Shown: positions 1 through 14,298, numbered from the whole stretch's first letter. The stretch: DNA of 63,710 nucleotides, filler included, from Collodictyon triciliatum (GCA_043381765.1; 9 parts of 9 records of this genome joined end to end with filler, not necessarily neighbours in it); one strand, 5' to 3'. Notes: a model not told the origin generated them from the letters alone. Numbers and translations are program-made.

Positions 1-144
1 TTTTTCTTTTTCTTTTTTCTTTTTTCTTTTTTTTTTTCTTTTCGCGCCTTGCCTGCTTCTGCTGTCATATGACACTTGAGGAAAAACGGGAAGACCGTGC
101 TCACAGTCCAACCAACTCTTTGTTCCGTGCTCTTGGTAGGTGCG

Positions 145-3100
145 ATGTCTCGAATCGGGACAAAATGCGGTCAGTGTGAAGCCGATCGAGCACGTGTTAG
201 TTGCACCCAGTGCGGAGAAGTCTATTGCAACTCTTGCAGTGAGAAGATCCATGCAAAAGGTAGACTGAAGACACATCTGGTTCTTGCGATTCCTGGCTGC
301 GACTCTGAGCCTAAACCAGCTGATGTTTCTGTAAGATGTTCTCTTTGCTTATTTGCATGCTTGCATATTTGCTTGCTGCACCGCTTACTCTTTCCATATT
401 ATTACTATTATGATTATTACTATTACTACTATTATTTCTATTACTATTATTATTTCTATTACTATTATTTCTATTACTATTATTTTTATTTTTATGATTA
501 TTATTATTATTATGATTGCTATTGTTTATTCATTTATTTCTTACCTTAAAAAGATGGAGTATTATTTGTGTTCGATCCACCCGCAAGAAAAAATGAGCTT
601 CTTCTGTCAGGTTGATCAGAAAATTGTGTGCACATCGTGTCTTTTGTACGGGGAGCATAAGGTAAGAAAGTAAAAAAGGAGACGAATACTTAATGGCTCA
701 TATTGTTCTAACCATTAATTTTTTTCAAATAATCAAAGTTAAAATAAAATTAATTTAATTATTGAAGTGGATCCTTTTAATGCATTTAAACAAAGTCTAT
801 CGACTATCTAAGTGTTCCATGTATTCTCCTATGTTCAAATGAATCACACAGGGTCACCTCTTTATGAAACTCGATGATGCGACAAAGCAACTTCATCAGC
901 AGATTGAGAACGGACATGATGAGCTCTGTAGATTGAAGGTTGAACTTAGTCGGTGTTTTAAAAATAAAAGTGTGTCAATATCATTTGAATGAATGCAAAC
1001 TACAGAATGTGCCCATGGATTGTATTTCCTTAAACATTTAGTCCAAGATACAAGACTATCGAATCAACTTGCTTGATATTCAAGATAAACTAGAATCTCA
1101 GTTGGGCACTTCGCGTCAAGTAATTATGTCCTACTTTGTGTTTTGTATTTTATATATGTTGCGGTAAATGCCCTAGACGATTATTTTTTTTAAAAAAAAA
1201 AATAAGTAAATTCTAACGGTGTTACCCTCAGATGATTGAATCCGAATTCGACCTTTTGAACCGAGAATTAGAGTCCAAAAAGCAAACCCTGTTAGATACG
1301 ATCGATGGTTTTTATAAATCTAAAGTAACAACTGTCCAAGACCAGGTTTGAAAATCTAGTGTATCGTGGATATTGAAATGAAAGGAAAGAGAAGGGAATA
1401 TCGAAGAAAGATAGGATAATCGGGACATTTTTTTTCAATCTTTTAATAACTCCTGTCATTTTAGGCGTGTCACAAATATTTGTATTCAATCCAGGTGTGT
1501 GATCTGGAAAATGTTCTTGGGGCTATTGACCAACGTGCAGAACGCATCAAAGCATCAAAGACCCTAGTAACACTTGCATCAGACATTCCTCACCTATTAG
1601 GAGGTATTTCATGTCACATATTTATTTTCTTTATCTTAATTACCTGGAAAGTGGTAACATAGAATAAAAAAAATTACAACATAAACCTTTTTTTTGTTTC
1701 TTTTGAAGTCGATATTTTACGATTAAATATGAATATATGAATAGTTATCAGTATGATCCAATCTATGAATCTAAAAATTCCTCTACCGCCGATAACCACG
1801 CCTGACGAGCTCTTTGAATTGGATCCAACTTCTTGTGTCGATTCTATTAGAAGATTACAAGTCGAGCAATATTGTGAGAATACATGAGCTTACATATGTC
1901 TCTTTCGTTTTCATTTTCCAATCCTTTCTTTTCATTTTATTTCTCTTTATCATTTACACGATTTATTCAGCGAAAATCATCAGGAACTTTACTGATCTTG
2001 ATTACCTTTACGCAAGTTATTGCGCGCTATATCGGACTTATCTTTTTACATTTTGATAGCTGAGAACTCTTTCTTCCGAAGAAACTTTGGTTTTCTTGCC
2101 CGTGGTTCTCGCAATCGATCGAGTACAACTGTTTCTAAAAACATTAAACCACACGGAGATATCCCAGAGCGAACTGTAATTTATCCTTTTTATATTATCA
2201 CCTCTTACGGCGAAAATTATAAACTCATAATCTTTGTGTGTCATGTAATCAGACTCTAGTTAGTGCGTTTCATCTTTCTTCATGATTATATTGTATCGGT
2301 TTTATCGTTTTAGTAGCAAAAGATTTTGTATAAAAGACACTGTAGAAACAGCAAAATAATACGATATAGGAGAAGAGGAGACATAGTCTGGATAGCCTCA
2401 TGTGTCCTTCCACTCTTAACGCCGGACCGGAGACAACCCCCGTCCCAACTGTATTGGTTTTTAATGTGTCATTATCTTGATTTTATCTCATTGTTAATAT
2501 TTTACCTTGTCTACTCACCAATATATATATGGCTAAATTATAGAGTCCTACCAACAGTCATCTAACTCAAGTATGATTTTCTCACTATGATACTTGTCCG
2601 GTACTATCATCAACATTTTTTTATTGCAATAAAACATGTAATTTATATGTTTGATGTGATTGTATTCGTAGGGGTATATTTCTGCAAGACATAAATTGTC
2701 AGCTACATCGCCACCAAGACCTCAAATCCCCAAGTTCCAACCTTACGCAGCTGAGGCTATTTATGAATTTGTTTCGGAAAACGAAGATGAGATCTCTTTT
2801 CAGTATGCATTCATATCTTTACATATGAGCTGTATGTATATGGTGAACAAATCTATACCTTATTTTTTTTTCTTTACTTGGGGAGACCAAAGAATATATA
2901 TATAATCAAATCTTATCTCTAGACCGGGAGACATCATCGATGTCCATGCAGAACACGATGGAGGGTATTTCCTTTGTGCCCAATTTGTATTCTGATTTTA
3001 TTCTTTGATTGTGCACGTGTATGTCTATACTCTATTTCGTTTCAATCGTATTTATTTATGGTACTATCGTGATGAGTGATTTTTTTTTAACAGTGTGTAA

Positions 3101-4068
3101 AAAAAAAAAAAAAAAAAATAGGTGGTGGATAGGTGCAGTTGGTGTCCACATAGGCTTTTTCCCATCGAATTATATTCGTAAGCTGGTATGTCATTTCATC
3201 TATGCTCATATCCCTTTCTGAGTATGTTTTTCTAATATACTTGTCCAATAGGAACCTAATGAGGACTTGCCTGACCATAAGCAACATGCCATGGTCAACT
3301 TTTAATTATGCTTAAGCTTTACTTGTGAACCTTGCCTACTAGGCATATGGATCATATTTCATACATTAACATGTCGCTCTTTTTGTTGTCAATTTGATTT
3401 ACTCACTTCATCTAATTTGGGTTGAACAATAATCACTTGCCTACAATCGCTCCATCTTATTATAGAGCCCTGTCTCCATCTCTCATGAAAGCGATTTTCA
3501 CCCAATGAAGCCTTTCTCTCCTCCTCTACTCTCTACCCCCGTTTGTACTGCGCCGTCTCCATTGAGTGAATTATCAAATTCGCTCAATAGACCACCATAT
3601 CCCAGTCAACGTCGCAGTGCTCGATATCGTTCCTCTAGAGGTAACTTAGCGCGCTGATCGAGCTTTTATACCTCCCAATTAATTTATGTACTCATACCTT
3701 TATTTCACATTTAATGAGCTTTTTTTTTTATTCATTTTTGCTTGAATTTTTTATTTACGATTCCTTTCTGAACTAACTTGATATGATTATCGTTCTGGAC
3801 AGACCTTGGAGGCCTTGATTATTCACGGTCTCTTCAACTACCTTTGCGTGTGCGAGAATCACCCGTTCGCCAAGCCACCGTAGAAGTGCGTGATGTATTT
3901 TATGATATGCCATTTGTAACCTCGGCAGTACAAATCATGTCCCATCTATCTGGTGTTTATTAAAATTGTCATGACCCTGATTATTTTCTTCGTTTCTTTC
4001 TGTTTCCCATCCGGAATTATGTCTTTCAGGGACCATCGTACATTACACCAACAGACCGGTCTGGTTAG
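145..4068 (+). CDS. Multi-exon B-box1/B-box2/coiled-coil protein with an SH3 domain (RING-less TRIM-like)
   Basis: ATG 145. B-box1 CGQCEADRARVSCTQCGEVYCNSCSEKIH...H. B-box2 CSIHPQEKMSFFCQVDQKIVCTSCLLYGEHK (554-661). Coiled-coil exons 852-1600. SH3 split over exons 2740-3185 (AEAIYEFVSENEDEISFQ-PGDIIDV...GWWIG...GFFPSNYI) joins in frame at GT-AG introns. Probable stop TAG 4066-4068. Confidence 0.8.
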
Positions 4069-4927
4069 CTGGCATATATCGAGCCTTTGTGACTGCATAT
4101 CCGATGACATATCGAGCCCCCCATCGAAAGATGAAGGAGAAAAGATGAATGAAAAGATTAGACAAGGAGCTATATACGCGTTTTTTCTACTATCAGACTA
4201 CAATCTTGTCTTTCATAGTCACCTTTACCCCGTACCCCTACCCATCTCTTTTTTTCTTTTTCTTTTTCTTTTTCTTTTTCTTTTTCTTTTTCTTTTTCTT
4301 TTTCTTTTTCTTTTTCTTTTTCTTTTTCTTTTTCTTTTTCTTTCCTCCACGTGTTCGAATCTTTTCTCCAAAACTAAGTAATACCTCTTTCAATATGAGT
4401 ACCCTGCAAAGCAGGCCATAAATATCTGGAAAGGGAAGAGAAGTATTGAAAGGTGGGCACCAAGGCTAGATATGCTAGCCACCTCTCTGCTTTCGCTCCA
4501 TCACACACCATCATCCAGAGACACTCTTTTATTTTTCCTGCTTGATTGAAACGAAGGCCGTGCGAAAGAAGGCATGATGGACTTTGGGTGCGATGGCCGC
4601 GATGCACTTCCCTCACTGTGATTGCAATGACACAGTTGCCAAAAGGATGCAAGACACGTGCACTGCGTCGGTGAAAACTGACAATTCGGACTCCGGGTCG
4701 CCTTGTGTGGTTTGCGAGTCGGGCGAATGAAACACTCCGAACATGATTGGGTGTCGAGGTTTTATTGGCTGATGCCTTTGCTTTTCTCTGCTCATTATAA
4801 ATTATTTTTTTCGTTCTTGTGTATACTCTTTTTGTTTTTTAATCTTTTTTTATTATACTCTGTTACCATGGCCTACTAGATTTCTGGATGATCACTCGAT
4901 CACAGATCAAGTTCTCTGACTCGGGAG

Positions 4928-7027
4928 ATGCGGAGTCATGATCAAGCCGAAGCTTGCAATTGCCATAGTTTTGTAGGAAGATAAAATATATGTTGGGAGA
5001 TATGAGAGAAAGTAGAGAGCAGTGAGTAGAGAGTAGAGAGTAATGAGGGTGAGAGGAATAAAATATATAAGCAGTAGAGTACCAAAATAATTTTATGTAA
5101 GAAGAGAGGCCACAAGCTCCACAAAGAAAAAATTGCTTACTACTTTCTTGTTGACTCCAGTCGAATAGAAAGGATGATTCCTGAAGTTGAGCTTGCTGAG
5201 AGGCGCCATGAGTTTGTTTTTCACCATGTTTAACTATTATATTATATTATATTATATTATATTATATTATATTATAAAACCCTACTGCCGAATAAGTAAT
5301 ATACTATATACATATCTTTTGTATCCAGCAGTTTGGCTCAAAGAAACATAGATGAGGAAGATCATGAGGAAAATGATTTCCAAAATGACAGCTCAAAACT
5401 AAGGTAAACGCTAGGATACATCTCTCAATCACTCATAGAATGTATATTATCAAAGTGCGCCTTTTAATATTCAGGTGAGACTGAAATAATGCAAGCTTTT
5501 TTTGTATTATAACTTTCATATTCTCTTTGATATGCAGCCCAGAGACAGAACTTCAACTAATCACTCGCTTCCGCGTGATTAATTGGTTTATGAGAGAGTA
5601 ATCATTGATTATGAAATCTACGCATTTTATCTGACTGAGAATATATTTATCTTCTATCTTGCACATACTTTTGATACTAATTTGACCTCATAAGATTTTA
5701 TTTGTAAAGTTTTCATGTTTGATTGCATTTTTGCATCATTCTGTTGTATCTGTTGAAAGCTATTTATGTATGTTCATATTCGCAAGTTCATAAATTGACA
5801 TGGTAACAGTGATCCCCACCATAATATTTTAACAAAAGATACATGGTACTGATATATTTGTACTTCTCGTTCTAGCATCGAGAGCGGAGAAAGGCAGGGG
5901 TATAGAAGCTATTTCATCTTCAACTTCTGGACCATTATCCTCAATACTATAATCTTTATTATCTGTGAGTTCGCCCTATCACCTATATTTTATAGATCCG
6001 AATGAAATACTGTTATATGTTTGTGCTATTTAATCATCTAATTGATCATGAATAAGCTATGATAAGCTTTGGGAAGCACTGGACAACTGATAATACGTCT
6101 GAATTTTCTGATTTTGAAGTAATATTAATCAAAGAATATGATTATGAATGTGAAACATTATACATTATACAGCATACATGGTGCTGATTTCACTTCTTTA
6201 TCAGTTTATCACTCTGGCCTCTTACAGCCCAGACATTTACACCATTTGGATGGGAACTACTCTAGCCATATTTATCGTATGGATCATCTTTTCGTAAGAA
6301 TCTCCTCTCTTCATTCCATACCATTTCAATGTATTGGAGAAAAAAGCTTAAATTTTCACAAATGAGATACATATTGAAAATTAATAAATATAAGCTATAG
6401 TTATAGTTATATTACCAGTAAACGTGTATTTGGTTTTTAAATGGCTTCCTCTTCAAAAATAAAACAGGGTGTGGTTTGTTCAGAATGATACAAGAGAGCA
6501 AATCCATGAAGACCATTCTTACGACCCTCCTATACTGGTAATTGACAGGGAAGAAGACCCTGATCTTACGATTTTAGAGCTTTCCTTAATTTTTAAACCA
6601 GTTTGCCAAACTTTCATAATTCAAAGGAATGTGTATGTTTTATTTCCGTATAAAAAAAGCTCAAAAGTATATTATTTTTTTAGGCCAATCGGGACTACGA
6701 GGTAACAAAGAGAACTCGTAACATTTTCATCAGCTGGTTTATAGTTATCATGTTTGTTGTTGGCTTCAATTACCTGACATATATCGTCGCCTATGGAAGA
6801 GATGATTCAGTCCGGTAATGTTTGATATACAAATTAGTATGATGATTCCTTTTTTTCTTTTTCTTACTTCTTGCCTCTTTTATGTAATACTAATTATTAT
6901 AATTCCAAAATAACTATAGAGATTCATTTTTGATTGCGGCTTTGACTTCAACACTGGGTTTTCTTTGGAATTATGCAGCCTACTATTTAACAAATTTTGA
7001 GCGGCAAATGGTGGAAGCAAGTCATAA
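4928..7027 (+). CDS. Multi-exon multipass membrane protein of unknown function, 3'-truncated by the scaffold end
   Basis: About nine GT-AG-flanked exons join in frame (MRSHDQAEAC...FNFWTIILNTIIFIISYMVLISLLYQFITL...IWMGTTLAIFIVWIIFS...NIFISWFIVIMFVVGFNYLTYIVAY...FLIAALTSTLGFLWNYAAYYLTNFERQMVEASH), giving four or more hydrophobic helices. Start codon is tentative. Confidence 0.6.
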
Positions 7028-7147
7028 GTAAATCTCGTTTGTGTGCGTGTTTTTGTGTGTTTTGTTTTTGTTTTTGCTTTTGTTTTTGTTTTTGTTTTTG
7101 TTTTTGTTTTTGTTTTTGTTTTTGTTTTTGTTTTTTTTTTTTTTTTT

Positions 7148-7182
<35 letters not shown>

Positions 7183-7282
7183 NNNNNNNNNNNNNNNNNN
7201 NNNNNNNNNNNNNNNNNNNNNNNNNNTTAATTAATTAANNNNNNNNNNNNNNNNNNNNNNNNNNNNNNNNNNNNNNNNNNNN
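7183..7282. other. Artificial scaffold spacer N44-TTAATTAATTAA-N44 (also at 14464-14563, 21740-21839, 29018-29117, 36297-36396, 43572-43671, 50848-50947, 58119-58218)
   Basis: The same 100-bp spacer occurs eight times, its core has stop codons in all six frames, and it separates pieces of near-equal length. Confidence 0.97.
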
Positions 7283-7395
7283 TTCCTCATTTTCCTCATT
7301 TTCCTCATTTTCCTCATTTTCCTCATTTTCCTCATTTTCCTCATTTTCCTCATTTTCCTCATTTTCCTCATTTTCCTCATTTTCCTCATCTTCCT
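7283..7395 (-). repeat. Coding (GAAAATGAG)n repeat encoding (EEN)n, running into the scaffold end
   Basis: Plus strand (TTTTCCTCA)n, in frame with ORF 7235-9442. Confidence 0.9.
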
Positions 7396-10300
7396 CGTCA
7401 TATGTGACTGCTGATAAGCTTTTAGTCTCCTGATTTGATAAATGAGTGGGGTTCAGCGGGTTAGCAAGAATTTTTTGTTTTAGAAGAGTTTCGGAATCAC
7501 CTAATGTTTCTTTTTCATTATTCATATGATCATCTTCCAGGTAATCATCAGCATCGTCAATACCATGAGAATCAACAAGGTAGTTTTCATCCAAATGAGT
7601 TTTAGGATGCAAGCCGATATTACTAACTGAATCATGGTGTATTTTTTGTCTCGAAATTGATTTTAACGACGAACAGGCAGATAATTTTTCTGTTGTTTCA
7701 TTTTTTCCTTTAACCGATGGGGTTTGTTGATTAGTTACGACATGGCTCTGATTTTCCATTAGATGAAGCGCACGATTTGGAGTAAAGATTTTTGATTTTG
7801 TATTAATTGGGGGTTGAAGATCTTCAGCTAAGCTTCCATTTACAGATTGCTCGTCAAAAGAATCAATTTCTTCATATTTTATATGCTGTATCCTACTTCG
7901 ATTACTGTCGTCTTCAAAAGACAGACGCCTTTGTGTTTCGTGGTACTTTGACTGCCGGCTGTTTTCAATTCTGGATATTCTTTCAAATTCAGCCAGTTCT
8001 ATGTCTTTCCTTCTCTTGATTTCTTTTTCTATCTTGTCTTTTTTCAATCTCTTCTGCAATTCTAATTTATTCATTTCTGACTGCAACCGCACAGCTCTAT
8101 CACGTTCAGCCTTTTCCATAAGAATTCGTTTGGTTTCTTCTCTATTAAATTCAACTTTGCTGATCTTTGATTTTCTTTCTTGTTCGTAGGCTTGTTGCTG
8201 AAGTAGAATTATTTTTTCATCTTCACACAAAGTGGTCCTCATGACACTTCCTAGATTGTAACCAGTTTTTTGCTCTGTTTTAAATGCTGTATCGTATTTA
8301 AGAGGTTTTATTTTTGTAATTGCATTCGAACTTGAGTGAATTCTGTTTTGTGAGTTGACTCCACGGTTATGTTCCAGTTGAAGAGCTGATTCAAGCTTCT
8401 CCATGTCAATTTTTACTCCCTCTAAAAGCTTATTTTTAACCATTTGGCTGTGAACTATTTTTTCCTCGGAATACCTTCTTGCTTCTTTTCTTCTTTCTAT
8501 TTCTTCGGAATATATCTTCTGATCTTCTAGCCTTTCTCTGGATGACTTTCTTACAGCTGCATTCCCAAGGTTTTCTTTGTCAGGAACCATATCGATAAAT
8601 GATTGCTGACTTTGTAACTCAAAATCAATGACCCTGTTATCGGTTTTTTCAACACGGCTGGCTCCGTTTCTTACTGGGACAGAGTCTTGCTTCATTCGAC
8701 TGTTTGGTGCCTTTGACGCTTTTGGCAATACCATGTCTAAAACAGGGCCTCTAACATGCTCATCGGGCGATTTTCTATCAGTATCGGCTTTTTGGTCTTC
8801 ATTCCTGGGTTGCCTTTTCAGTATATTTTCAAGGATCTTACGCTCACTCTCTTCAAGTCGTTTTCGAATAGAACTTTTACAATCCAGTTGATTGGGCAAA
8901 GTTTTTGGTGTCGCTAAGCATGTGTCAGGTGGAAACGGTATGTTGCTTGTACTGTCAACCACTATGATACTTTCGGCTGTTGCTGCGCCAGAGAGTAAAT
9001 GATGCTTTCTTTCGGCATTGCTGGATTTAACCCTTTTAATCGAACTGGGTGCATTTTTATGAACTGTTAAAAATCTTTGGTTCCTAGTCATCGAAACGGA
9101 CATATCTTGTAGATCATTATTTTCCTCATCAGAATCGTCGAATTCAGAAGGGAAGCTTAATTCTCTCGGCAACTGCGGAGTGCTTAATTCATCCAGAAAG
9201 TCGATATCACTCGCCGTATCGTCACTGTTCTCATCATATCCGGCAATAGTCGTTTTGGTGGCAACCATCTCTTGCTCTCTTTGAATCATCTTCATTCTGT
9301 CAAGTTCCCTGGATTGGTGATTAGGTGGTAGAAGGCGCGATGGAGTCTTCTTGACGGACGTTGGATACTTATCTGCCATACCTTTGGCGGTTAATGAGTC
9401 TTTTTGAGGCGTTGAGAAAACTGCCATGGGATGCATAGGCATTGAGACTGCAATCTTAAGCTCTGGAATATTGAGTTTGGTGATAATTTTCTTTGGTGAC
9501 GTCTTTTTAGTCGACGCTGCACATTTTGGATCATCTTTTCGGTTAGTTGATGGGATTGAATTTGGCGCATCATCTACTTTCTTTCTCTTAGGGGGTTTAT
9601 TAACACCTCTTAAGGGTGTTTCAGGTTTGTTTGGCTTTTCATTTAGGTTGCTTAACGCCTCAATTTTTTCTGTAGTTACGTTGTTGTTTTAGTCTTTGCA
9701 TAAACCAATTAAATGGCGATGCATTCAAAACGACGGTCTGTTGAATAAAAAGAGAAAGTTTTATATGGATAAAATGATCAGATATTGTTCATAGACAATT
9801 ATGCGACTAACTTTCAGATAGTTGTATCCAAGGAACAAGGAGAGATGATTGTGATAAGTCTTTTAGAACGTCAGGTATCTCATTAAGATAGCCCGCAGTC
9901 ACCTCTGATTCAGAATGTATCTACCAAAGTATAAAAGTAAGTTTTATTTTATAAAAGATTAGAAACAGTTATCTTGTTCTTGATTTATCGTTTGAATATA
10001 ATTTCATGTTTTATCTTAAAAATATCATTTTTGAAACTATCTTGCTGGTATTAGTGATGAGGAGTTTTTTTTTTGTTACCATTTTCTCTTTAATCTTGAC
10101 AATAGGTTCCTCTTTTGGTATATTTAATTGGCTCTTTAATATATCGGATTTATGAGTCTTCAAATCTAGTACAATAGTGTTGAATTTATATTGATTCAAA
10201 TTCAAATAATATAGATTCTCCAATAGGAGCACACTTTAACAGTTTTTTTTGTGTGCATATACGTTTCTCTTGGATTTTTCTCTATGATTTTTTTTTGTCA

Positions 10301-13300
10301 AAGTGTTTACGTGTATTTTGAGTCATTAACCCGGTCACAGATACCTGCATATTGATCCAAATTATAATTGAAACATAATCATGATTATTTAATATAAAAT
10401 CTGAAATTACTCACATTAAGACTTGATTGGACTGTTAATGGCTTCTGTTGGGATTTTCCTTGATATTTAATGGATTTTTTTTTATTGAATTAAACAAAAT
10501 AAAATAAGATAGGGTTGAGCGGGTCAGAGTAAGTCTCATGAATAGCTCAGACAAACACTTCATAACGATTGGCAAATGTCATTAAAATCCATCCTTGGTA
10601 AATATCTAGTAATGCTCACCCTCCGACAGAAAAGTGTTTTGTTGTTTTGTAGAATCCAAAGTCGATGGTATGTTACATTCTGGTTCACTTTTTGGAGCAT
10701 GAGTCCGCTTTATCATATTAGTAGCAACAACTTGTGAAGTTTGATGGTCAGCTCCTTTAGCATAAAGATCAAGTTCTCTGCTAAGGTCAGAATTAGACGA
10801 ACTTGGGGAAGTTTCCTTTCTCATTGGCGGATTAACCAAGTTTCCGCTGGACTCTGCATGTTTCAGTCGACTTTCTGTAGAAGCCTGCAACTCAGCAGCA
10901 TCTTTAGACAGCTTTTGTCCATCAGAACTAGCTCCATGCCTATGAAGCGACTCCGACACTTGTTTGGACAGGTTGAAGCTCGTAGGAGACAAGGTTCTGT
11001 CATTTTCTTTAGTTTTGGAGGATGTATGAAAAGCGTTAATGCATTATGTTACCAGATTTCTGAAAATATAGACTCAAAATATAGGAAACTGATTAGGTAA
11101 AGCGAACAAAACTCAAAGGAAAAAAAGCAATAGTCTAATGATTAAACTATATTATGGACTGTTTGGCAAGAGTAGTTATTTATTTGCGGGACTATGTGAG
11201 AACCTGGTTGGTGAGTCTGGGTCTCAATCTTTGTTTTTCTAATGGCCTGAGGTTGCTGTAGTATGTCTGGATTATTTGATATTGTAGATGTGTTAAACGA
11301 GGCAGACCCAACGCTTTCCACCGATAATACATCGCTCTCGTATTTTTTGCTTGCATGTCTTTGGTCTTTCTCCCTTGAATCAATAGATTTATCATTTTGC
11401 GTATTTGTCTGATTTGGATGATTGTGGCCGAGTTGGGTATTTTGGGTCTGTTTGTGACAAGGCGGCTGAAGAGGATGCTATAAATAATATATATATATAT
11501 ATGAGAATAATTTGCATCTCGTATTTCGAATATAGAGTCATTTTTCTTACATTAATCAGTTTATCATGTAAAAGGTAGATAGAAACTCTTTTCGACAATT
11601 CATATTGAAAACTACAAAAGTCCATTAATATGTTGCACACATGGAATTATTTACATCAGGGATATTGTGTCGAGTTGTTTGTTCATGAGCAAAATGTGCG
11701 TGAGACGGAGCACCAAAGGGTAACGGGCCACACGGCAGGCCGAAGGGTGTTACCTATGAATGAAACCTGTAAGAGATTTGCGTGTGTGTGCGTTGCTTAA
11801 TTTTGTTCCACTTTCTTTTGATTTGTAATGTATATTGCATTCCTACAAATCATTACCGATGAGTAGTGCGGGATTTGGTACGGAGTCTGATATGGAGTTT
11901 GGTACGGAGCTTGATATGGAGTTTGGTATGGGTTTTGGTACGGGTTTTGGAATGGGGTTTGGTATGGAGCTTGATATGGAGTTTGGTATGGAGTTTGGTA
12001 TGGGTTTTGGTACGGGTTTTGGTATGGAGCTTGATATGGTGTTTGGAATGGAGTCTGATATGGGGTTTGATATGGTGTTTGGAATGGAGTCTGATATGGG
12101 GTTTGGAATGGGGTTTGGTATGGGGTTTGGTATGGGGTTTGGTATGGGGTTTGGTATGGGGTTTGGTATGGGGTTTGGTATGGGGTTTGGTATGGGGGAG
12201 ACATATTAATCATGATTGGTTCATTGGAATCAGGTGTATATGTTGCATTTGTATCCATCCTACGTTGTAACGCTGCCTCTGCTATCTGTTGTATTTCATT
12301 TTTCAATTCACCCTCTAATTTATTTATTTCGCGTCGCATGTGTGTGGTTGACTTTTGAAGCTCTTGGTGCCTCATCTATTATAGCAAAAAGGCATATTTT
12401 CTATTACCCTAGAAAGCAAGCTTATAATGACACGTTATGTTGCGGCTGTAAGTGAGATAACATGAATATTTTAATTTTCTCTGTTTCATACTAATATGAT
12501 GATTATTATGACCTCATTCAACTCTCTTTCTAGCATTTCTGCCTTTAATTTGGCCTCGACGTCGACGTTGTGATAATTTTCAGAATCAAATATCTGCAGT
12601 TAACGACGAAAGAGTGTAAATCAGATGATGTGAACATTCACGATAAAGTTATTTTCGGTTATTTAAGAAACGAGGGTCGATTTTTTCCATTTTTCCTATG
12701 TATTCAAGGATGAAAGAGCATACTTCCTGTGAAGATGATTCCTGCATCATCCGCAATTCTTTTAGCTCTTCAGAGAATCTGTTGATGGCTGAGTTGATTT
12801 GGCCCGTAATTTGTGTGTCAACTGTGCGTTGCACCAAGGATAAAACTACAACGATATGGACTGAGCTTTGTTGCTAGATTAATCAAGCAAAATCAAGTAT
12901 CACGATGGTCTACAAGAAAACTTATATTATAATAATATCGATTTACTCAACTGTCTTTGACATCTTCGTCCTCAGTGTTTTTCTTTGGTTCCTTTTTTCG
13001 TGTCCTTTCTTCAGACTTTGGGGGTGATCGTTTCTTGGATTTTGCACGAGACTTTAGGGGTGTTTTGAATTCGTCAGATTTTCTCATCTCGTTTGCCATG
13101 GAAAATTCTGTTATTTTTTCTGATTTTTTGATTTTGGAATGATATTTTGTGACGTGCTTGTCTAAGTTCTCTTGAGTAGAGTAAACTTTGGAGCATTCCT
13201 TGCAATCCTGTTTTAATGTAATTTAATCATTATTGATGATATCGATTTTTAGGATATCTGACGATATATCGCGATGGGTAATTCTCATTCTAGGGAGACG

Positions 13301-14298
13301 TTGAAATCAGCGGAAAAATTCATTCCAACAAAATAATTAACGAGATAAATAATATTCTCATTCGTTTAAAAATAGTCTCAGAAAAGTCTTTTTTCCTTAC
13401 AAAGTATGCTGAATATAATTCTTCTTCAAGCTGACGCTCGAGTTTTTCTTTCTCATACATCTCTGTAATGGCCCTTTTTGATTCTAATTCGCCTTTTGCG
13501 AAGCGAGCAATTTCCTCCTGATATAAAACAATTATTGATCGCCATGTACAATCGGAAACCATGAAATGTATATAGCCCACAGGCTTCAATATAAACCAAG
13601 AAAATAAACCTTGATTAGCCATTTTTATATAAAAGTGGTTTCCTTATATCTCGTCGGACGTATGTGTGAATAAAAATATACTTGTTGAGCTATTTCCTCT
13701 TGAATTAAGGCCATGTCATTGGCATTATCAGCGATCGCGGAGTAAGCATTCTGGATACCAGCATTTTCCAAGGCCTTTGCTCCACGCATGGCTGATAGCT
13801 TTATCAGAGCCTCTTCGTACCTTTAAGTGCAGAGTAAAATGTTAATATTATCTCTAGCACGAAGGTTCACATTTCTGTTCGAATGTATGTTCCTGAAATA
13901 AAATACAAAAGTTGTAACAATATTTGAATGGGATCGAAATTGAGCGCGTAGAATTTTTTCGTATTGATTTAAAAGAATATGACATGTACTTAATTATAAG
14001 GATATATTAGTATATCTATACTATTGGAGATATGAAGTTTACACAAATTATCATGATAATGCACTTGATATTGAAAAATTAAAAATTAATATGATGGACA
14101 TGAATTTTCCGACACGTACATTAATGTAAATAATGTAGGAATAAATCAATAAATAATTCACAATAAAAGTAACGACTCAGTAGCAATATATTTTAATCAG
14201 ATATTCATAATTGAATAAAAAGAATAGAACCTCTTAGAATCGTGTTGTCTAATGCGAGACTGTATGGCTGGGTTAACCTTAGCTGAAGGGGTCACCTG
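7283..14298 (-). CDS. Large multi-exon low-complexity/coiled-coil protein with one C2H2 zinc finger and (PYQT)n repeats; both ends truncated
   Basis: Exons at about 14298-14230, 13821-13681, 13518-13400, 13208-12952 (DCKECSKVYSTQENLDKHVTKYH, C2H2), 12846-12723, 12593-12510, 12375-11857, 11753-11655 and 11478-11204 join in frame. An exon near 11070-10620 and a long terminal exon including ORF 7235-9442 (Glu/Lys-rich coiled coil, EEN repeat) are assumed to belong to the same gene. Confidence 0.6.
11872..12195 (-). repeat. Coding 12-bp tandem repeat, about 27 x P-[YF]-Q-[TNA]
   Basis: Plus strand (GGTATGGGGTTT)n with variants; the minus-strand translation is PYQT repeats inside a spliced exon. 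Confidence 0.9.

Noticed and set aside
7227-7238. TTAATTAATTAA as a biological palindrome or piggyBac target
   Set aside because: It is always centred between two N44 runs and is a six-frame-stop assembly spacer.
11835-12270. Plus-strand (GFGM)n and (LVWG)n ORFs
   Set aside because: Antisense shadows of the PYQT repeat; the flanking splice sites support the minus strand.
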